From contig JAQGDQ010000210.1 of the NCBI GenBank assembly GCA_030141605.1, positions 62,001-126,000 of the forward strand: a stretch of DNA of 64,000 bases, read 5' to 3'. Below are positions 58,073 through 64,000 of this stretch, piece after piece. The first letter of the stretch is position 1. Each line of letters starts with the position of its first letter. The stretch is from Tubiluchus corallicola. Lineage: Eukaryota; Animalia; Priapulida. A program made the position numbers and the translations under genes. The notes beneath the pieces are model-generated. The model ran no database searches, was not told the origin of the DNA, and saw nothing but the letters and a program-made list of their open reading frames with translations.

Positions 58073-58759
58073 TGTTTTACGTCTCACATCTTCCAAGAAC
58101 ACATTCCAACTCCAAAAAAGAAAACAGCTGTACACGTAATTCAAAGTTTCGGACATGTTTACCACAATGACACACCCCTCCCCCCCTTTCTACCACGGGA
58201 TCCGGAATAATTTTGCAAAATGGCTTCTGAATCAGGTTGTTGCGTGATGAAAGAGCTGAGATTTCTCGCCAGTGCATCCATTATTCAACAGGCTCGCGAC
58301 CAACAAGTCGTAAATAATAATGGCTCGGAAAATAAATTGAGGAAAGATTGTGTAACTCCGCCGTCTGATTTACAATTCGACATATTTCGATGTCGCATTC
58401 CCGCCGAATGTGTGGACGGCAAACTCGGGAGGAAAAGGGATTTGCCGAAAGTTCATCAGAATTGAGTTATTTAGCAGAGAATCCGAAAAACTGTTTTGTC
58501 TACAACTCGAAATGACAGGATTGCTTTCTGTCTTACAAATACAACGTTAATAATTCTCAAGAAAAACTACAAAAAAAGATAAAGTGCCGTGCTTGAAACC
58601 ACATATTCGAACACCAAAAATTCGTTTTCATCTTCCTTATATGAAAATACGTTAATTTCGTAAACTGAAATGTTAATTTCGTTACAGATGTACACACGCT
58701 AGCGTAATTTACACGCGTATGCAAAACCTTATACGGTTGGTGACGCAGGTTCGGCAAGT

Positions 58760-59200
58760 TCCTTGGAAAAGCATCTCTTGGTACAGATTACTTAAAATAG
58801 GGGATAAACCGGACTACAGCTACAGGACTGCTGTGTCTGCGACCGGATGACTGTACAAAAGACACCAGTGTCCGTCTGTAACTCAAATATCCTTTTAACG
58901 ACCTGTGGAACGCACCTATAAAACTGATATGTCCAACTTTTACAACTCTGTCCTTGTCAACCTTGAAAACTTCAAAAGCATTTCCACACAAAGGCATTAG
59001 CACTATAATTTACTGCTGGTCATTATTAGGAACATTTCTCACCAAACTGCCATGATGCCATTTGGTCTGCTTTCCAAAATAGTTGATATTACACGCTAGG
59101 TTTAGCGATGTCCAAACTGGCTCGTATAAATTAGACGCGGGTTTTAATCTTTCAGTCAGGAGCAGCACAGCAATCCAATTTTTGAAATTTCACTCAGCAG
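58760..59200 (-). pseudogene. decayed reverse-transcriptase fragment (non-LTR type)
   Basis: LKGYLSYRRTLV followed, after a frameshift, by SGLSPILSNLY. This resembles the RT YL..R...V and LSPxLxNLY motifs. Confidence 0.45.
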
Positions 59201-59875
59201 CAGTTACCAAGGAAACATTAGTGACGAATGCCATTTGTTACCTTGACAGCTAGGAGGCTACTAGGCTTAATACGTATAGAAGTTTTTTTCATACATTTTT
59301 AAATCTTGTCTTCTGTCCTGGAATCACATAGTACAAGACAAAACGGGCGTAGACCTGCATACTTAACTATTTTCAGCCGCCGGGTACACTAACATGACAT
59401 TTCTTTGTGTTTGCAACGATAAAGCGTATTCTTTATTTCAAATGGCGACTCTCATCTAACAAACCCCTTGCAAAGAAAGGCTAAAATGCATTTCAAGTTC
59501 ATACCATTCACAACAATTTAATGCCAATGTAGTTCCAAATTCAGCTAGTCCACATAGTGCTGTACTTTCGGAAAAACTGTTGAACAGTACTTCATATTCA
59601 TGACTATTGTAATGCCTTTGTGTTGTCAACTTGTCAAACAATAATAATCACTCACGAATGTCAAAAAGATAGTCTGACAAGCATACATTAACAACAACAA
59701 AAGTTAACAATGCCCACTAATCCAATACTGCACCAGCTACTTTTCAGAGAAATGGCTACCAAACTACAATCATTCAAAAGAGAAGAACAGAGCCCTCTTA
59801 CTATTTCATTACTTCTGTGTAGCTAATTTAACTAGTTATAATACTTTATTTGCATGAAATCAAGCAGGTACTTAC

Positions 59876-59893
59876 AGGTTTCCTGGCCAACAT
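59876..59893 (-). CDS. elav: candidate alternative elav first coding exon (MLARKP)
   Basis: ATG TTG GCC AGG AAA CCT|GTAAGT, phase 0. Very short, so it could be chance. Confidence 0.3.
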
Positions 59894-61218
59894 GAATAGC
59901 AATAAAAATAACATAACATAACATGGCGCACGTATGTTTATTATAAAGAGCAGGGCAAAAGATACAAATTTAAAATCCTGTACAATTAATTTTAGTATTA
60001 GTGGTAGACGTAATAATAAGCTCGTGAAATAATTATATCGTACATAATATCATCAGACACACAGAACTAAATAGCCAACATTATGACACTGACAGGTCTT
60101 CCTCAAAACAGAACAATACATCTATACGATATATATCAGCATTTATTCGATTCTTTATAGATAAAACTGAAATCAATAGTCATATTTCTTGCTACACAGT
60201 CAGAAACAAGTAATGATTCATATCTCCCTCCAGTCTGTTGTAAAAAAATAAACTACAAGGACAAGAACAACAAGTTTTACAAGTGAAAGATAAAAACGTG
60301 CTCAGAAAACTGTTATCGTACTTGTCAGACAGATTCTAATAGGCAAGTCACGTCAAAATTCATGAAATTGACAAAATGACCATTGTAAATGTGGTACAGT
60401 TACGTGCCGAAAAACAAACAAACAGCGAAATACTGAATGTATATATGCCAATGTACCTGAAAGTCATGTATCAAAATTGACAACGTACATACCTACTATC
60501 GAATTGATCATGTTTTGATACAGCGATGATGAACAGCATTAACTGTGTCTATTTACGTTTACAGAGTTCCATAAAATAGTTAGCTAGGCAGACTTCGACC
60601 GCGCACCTTTGTGGTTTAGTGTCTGTAGTGAAACTTGCTATATCATTTTTACGTCAAGAAGTATCATAAAGAAATATACTTTGAAGTTCTGCTTGTTTCT
60701 AGGAATTATGAAAAAAACAGCCAAGTAATATTTTGAAGTAGAAAATTGATGATAGGCTATTAATATAGTTCTCAACTTTTCATCTATACTGTCTACATCT
60801 AATTCTTCTAAACGTTAGTATAATGATATCTAAAATAGCTGGGGACGTCATTATAACCGATAGCCCTCACAGTGACCAGACGAAAATTAAGAATGGACAG
60901 CTGTTATGTACTGAACCGTCAATAACGTACTTTATGCCATACCGCGTATTCTACTGTACGGATGACAAATGAATCAAACAAAGAAAATCCCTGGGGTGGT
61001 TTTGCAGTTCAGACCCAGGAACAAATTTATAAACCTGCACGCTTTAAAAGCAGCTAGACTTAAACAGCACCCCTACCTAAAACAAAGCAGAACGAAGCAG
61101 TGCAAATGTGACAGATATACGTAGAGATTTCAAGGCGTACGGTGAATTTAAAATTTATTTTTTAAGTGCGCGAACGATTGTATTATTATGATTACATGCT
61201 AATAGCATGCACATTATG

Positions 61219-61231
61219 TGACCTTTGACCC
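61219..61231. promoter_or_regulatory. DR1 nuclear-receptor-type element TGACCTTTGACCC
   Basis: Near-perfect DR1 consensus (COUP-TF/RXR/HNF4 class) in the 5' region. Motif match only. Confidence 0.3.
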
Positions 61232-61787
61232 CAGTTTCACAAAACTAATTTGCAAAGCTACTATAATGCAAACGTTCCCACTTGAATAGTGTAACAGTCA
61301 ACACAACAATGACCTCTCGAAAACTTAGCACAAGCATAAAGCACCATCTTTCTCACTGATAACGTGCAAATGTTATAAACAATATAAGAAAAAAAATATA
61401 TTGACTTAGTAGAGCCTGTAAAAAGAACAAGTAATAAATATTTTATTTTTTATAAAAGAAGCCGCTCCTCGGGCCATTGACCATTCCAATTCCAGAAATG
61501 CAGGATGCCCGTTACGTCTGTTGTAGACATTGGGCAGGCAGAATTCTAAAATAAATTAAATCTGGTTCCAAGATAGGTAAGCATAGCAGTAATCCAACAA
61601 AAAACTAGACACTGCTATGCCAGTGGCTTGTCAGCGCCAGTTTCTTCTATAAATAAGTATGCCCCACACTCAGGAATAAGTGAAACAATACGGAAAATCT
61701 AGAGAAGACTGATTTACATTACATTGCTGCATATAAGTGACACTATTATAGTGTCAATGAAAACGTTACTTATGATTATTTTCTAAC

Positions 61788-61841
61788 CTGGTAGTTGTGT
61801 ACAGCAGGTCGTGAAGACGAGGAAACGTGACTCGTCGGCAT
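61788..61841 (-). CDS. elav: candidate alternative elav first coding exon (MPTSHVSSSSRPAVHNYQ)
   Basis: ATG plus 54 nt open, donor CAG|GTTAGA, phase 0, in a CpG-rich stretch (about 61800-62090). Confidence 0.45.
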
Positions 61842-64000
61842 CGTGCCGTTGTAAGTTTCAACTCTCCTATACGTCGCCACGGTGAACAGCTAGTAAAATA
61901 ACAAACTGTGAAAAACAATGCTAGTCTCTTCTTCTGTCACGAACGCTCTTCCTCCAGCTCTCCGTTACGAAACTTACGCAAGTTCAATTCCAAAATCGAT
62001 ATTCGCCAAATAACATTAAATTTTAAGCGTTCATAATTCCCCGGACAGCGCGTTTATGAGCGTATGACACCAGCAAGATCACGTGACTAAGCTATGCCAG
62101 TAATTAACTCGATACAGTGCTTATTGTTCTCTTTTTAACAGAGCGACCCTTCACGACTAGTGAACAGCACAGCTTTTGGGTTACACATCGTATATTTCGT
62201 CAACAGAACAACAGCGACAGTCGTAAACAGACTGTTTTTCTAAAAAGACGAAATTTTAAAGAAGAAAGTCAGAATTTAAATGATCGGCACACCAACGTTT
62301 AGATATATGAGGCATAAATGTGCCTACCTAAACAGTTCTGAACCCGTGCTTGAAGAACACCAGGGATGACAGAGGCTAGGTGGGTGGGGATGGTGGAAAG
62401 GGCAGGCAATCAACCGTCACAGAGGAAAATGAAAAAAGATGGAGACTAGGCAAATCATCACACTCAAATTTTTAATAATATCAATGTTAATAAATATCTC
62501 AAGATTTACAACACTTTTAATTATGGCCGTCATACATGGCACCCTATCCTACCTTAGATATCGAATGCAAATGCCCCAGCGTATGCTTGGCTAACCAAGC
62601 AGATTTGTACACAGACCGCGTGCATGTTTAAACTGCGAAACGATAAGCATGGGGGAAATTTTTAAGCCTGCAGATAATATTCGAGAATTTTATACCTTTT
62701 GTAGTAAGACCCATTGACACGCTACTGTACGAACCAGACAAAAGAATGTCCCGCCAAGTACATAAAAACGATAATATAAAAACTGCTAAGCTATAAAAAC
62801 GAATATAAAATAAGTTGTACGTTACGTGGTATGCTTTTGTCAAGGATTATTTAGGAAGATGGATGCAAAAAAAATTATTACCGACATGAAAAGGGAAAAC
62901 ATTTACAATTAATGTTAAAAATGCTGATTTCGGTAAAAAGGAAGTTTTTATAAGCGGCCAAGAACACAATGAAGCCTTTAGATTTATATCCTAAACTTAT
63001 TACAAATATTTAATTTAATAACTATATTAACCACCAAACAATTAATTAAATTTTACGTTAATTTCTTAGTGTTTATACGGAATAATAAATAAAGTTCATA
63101 TAACAGCAATATGCACAATGAAACCCTTTAGAACAATCTTATAACAGTAATTACAGACAGAAATGTTTAAAATGAAAAGGTAAAAGTTGTAAATAGCAAT
63201 AATTTAGATATATTTATACGGAACTGCCCCAAGCTGCATCAATGAATTAAACATTAATTGATTATTATGCGCATGAGAGTATAAATTTATGACATACTTC
63301 ATTAATATGTGTATACCAGCTCAACCGTAGCTCTAGGCAACACTAAGTCATTTAAATTTGTCAGACAACTCATTGTACTTGTAAAGTTTCAATAAAAACT
63401 TTAGACAAGAGTAATTAAGCAGCTAAAAACAGCTGATATATAATCGGAAAACAGGATTTGAGAATTTCTTCTAAACATGATTAATTACAATAATGACAGC
63501 ACGCTAACCTTGCTTGGGTTTGCACTAGATAAAAGATATTGGTGCCATTTCACAAAGTATCTTTTATTGAAAAACATCTTCTTACAGGCGTGTATATGAG
63601 CGACTTTGATTATTTTCAAAATTCTAATTTATCAGACATTATTTGCCTAGCTTATCTAACGACTAGAAAAGGCTCATTTCCTATATAATCCATTTTATAT
63701 AGAAAAGAAAACATAAGAATAACAGGCTTGGTGCGGCTTACCGAAACATGGTGAATTTTGACCACGTTTGAAAAGTAAAAGCAAGGGATGCTTACTGGTG
63801 TCATAGTCATAAGTCATAAAATAGTATCAATATAACATAGTTTACATGACTATATCTACTTTTTGCTGGCCACGCTACAAACGTTGCACAGTTTTAGTAA
63901 GACTCACAGTTAGTGAGGCTCCCATATAAGCAGTGAGAGCAGCAGTAGGAAAATAGACACTCCATTACACTGTGGTGTTAGTTCGCAGAAGTACACAACC

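Overview
AT-rich animal (probably invertebrate) genomic DNA dominated by one spliced minus-strand gene encoding an ELAV/Hu-family three-RRM RNA-binding protein. Five coding exons (52091/52079-51866, 17788-17685, 17211-17058, 16301-16004, 15309-14967) join in frame with GT-AG introns and give 370 aa from the ATG at 52079. One intron is 34,077 bp and splits RRM1. Upstream are four candidate alternative first exons, each a short ATG-initiated ORF ending in phase 0 at a donor site, and downstream is a probable 3'UTR of up to about 4.2 kb with tandem poly(A) signals. The rest is intronic or intergenic DNA holding many non-autonomous DNA transposons (TTAA-flanked Kolobok-like families, hAT-type and Tc1/mariner-type MITEs, a foldback element), decayed retroelement and transposase fragments, a 32-bp minisatellite and microsatellites. 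I found no new enzymatic system. The most interesting signals are a possible multi-layer regulatory architecture of the elav gene: alternative first exons, a candidate poison or mutually exclusive exon, a splice-decoy-like minisatellite, and intronic and 3'UTR alternative polyadenylation. All of these are inferences that need RNA data.
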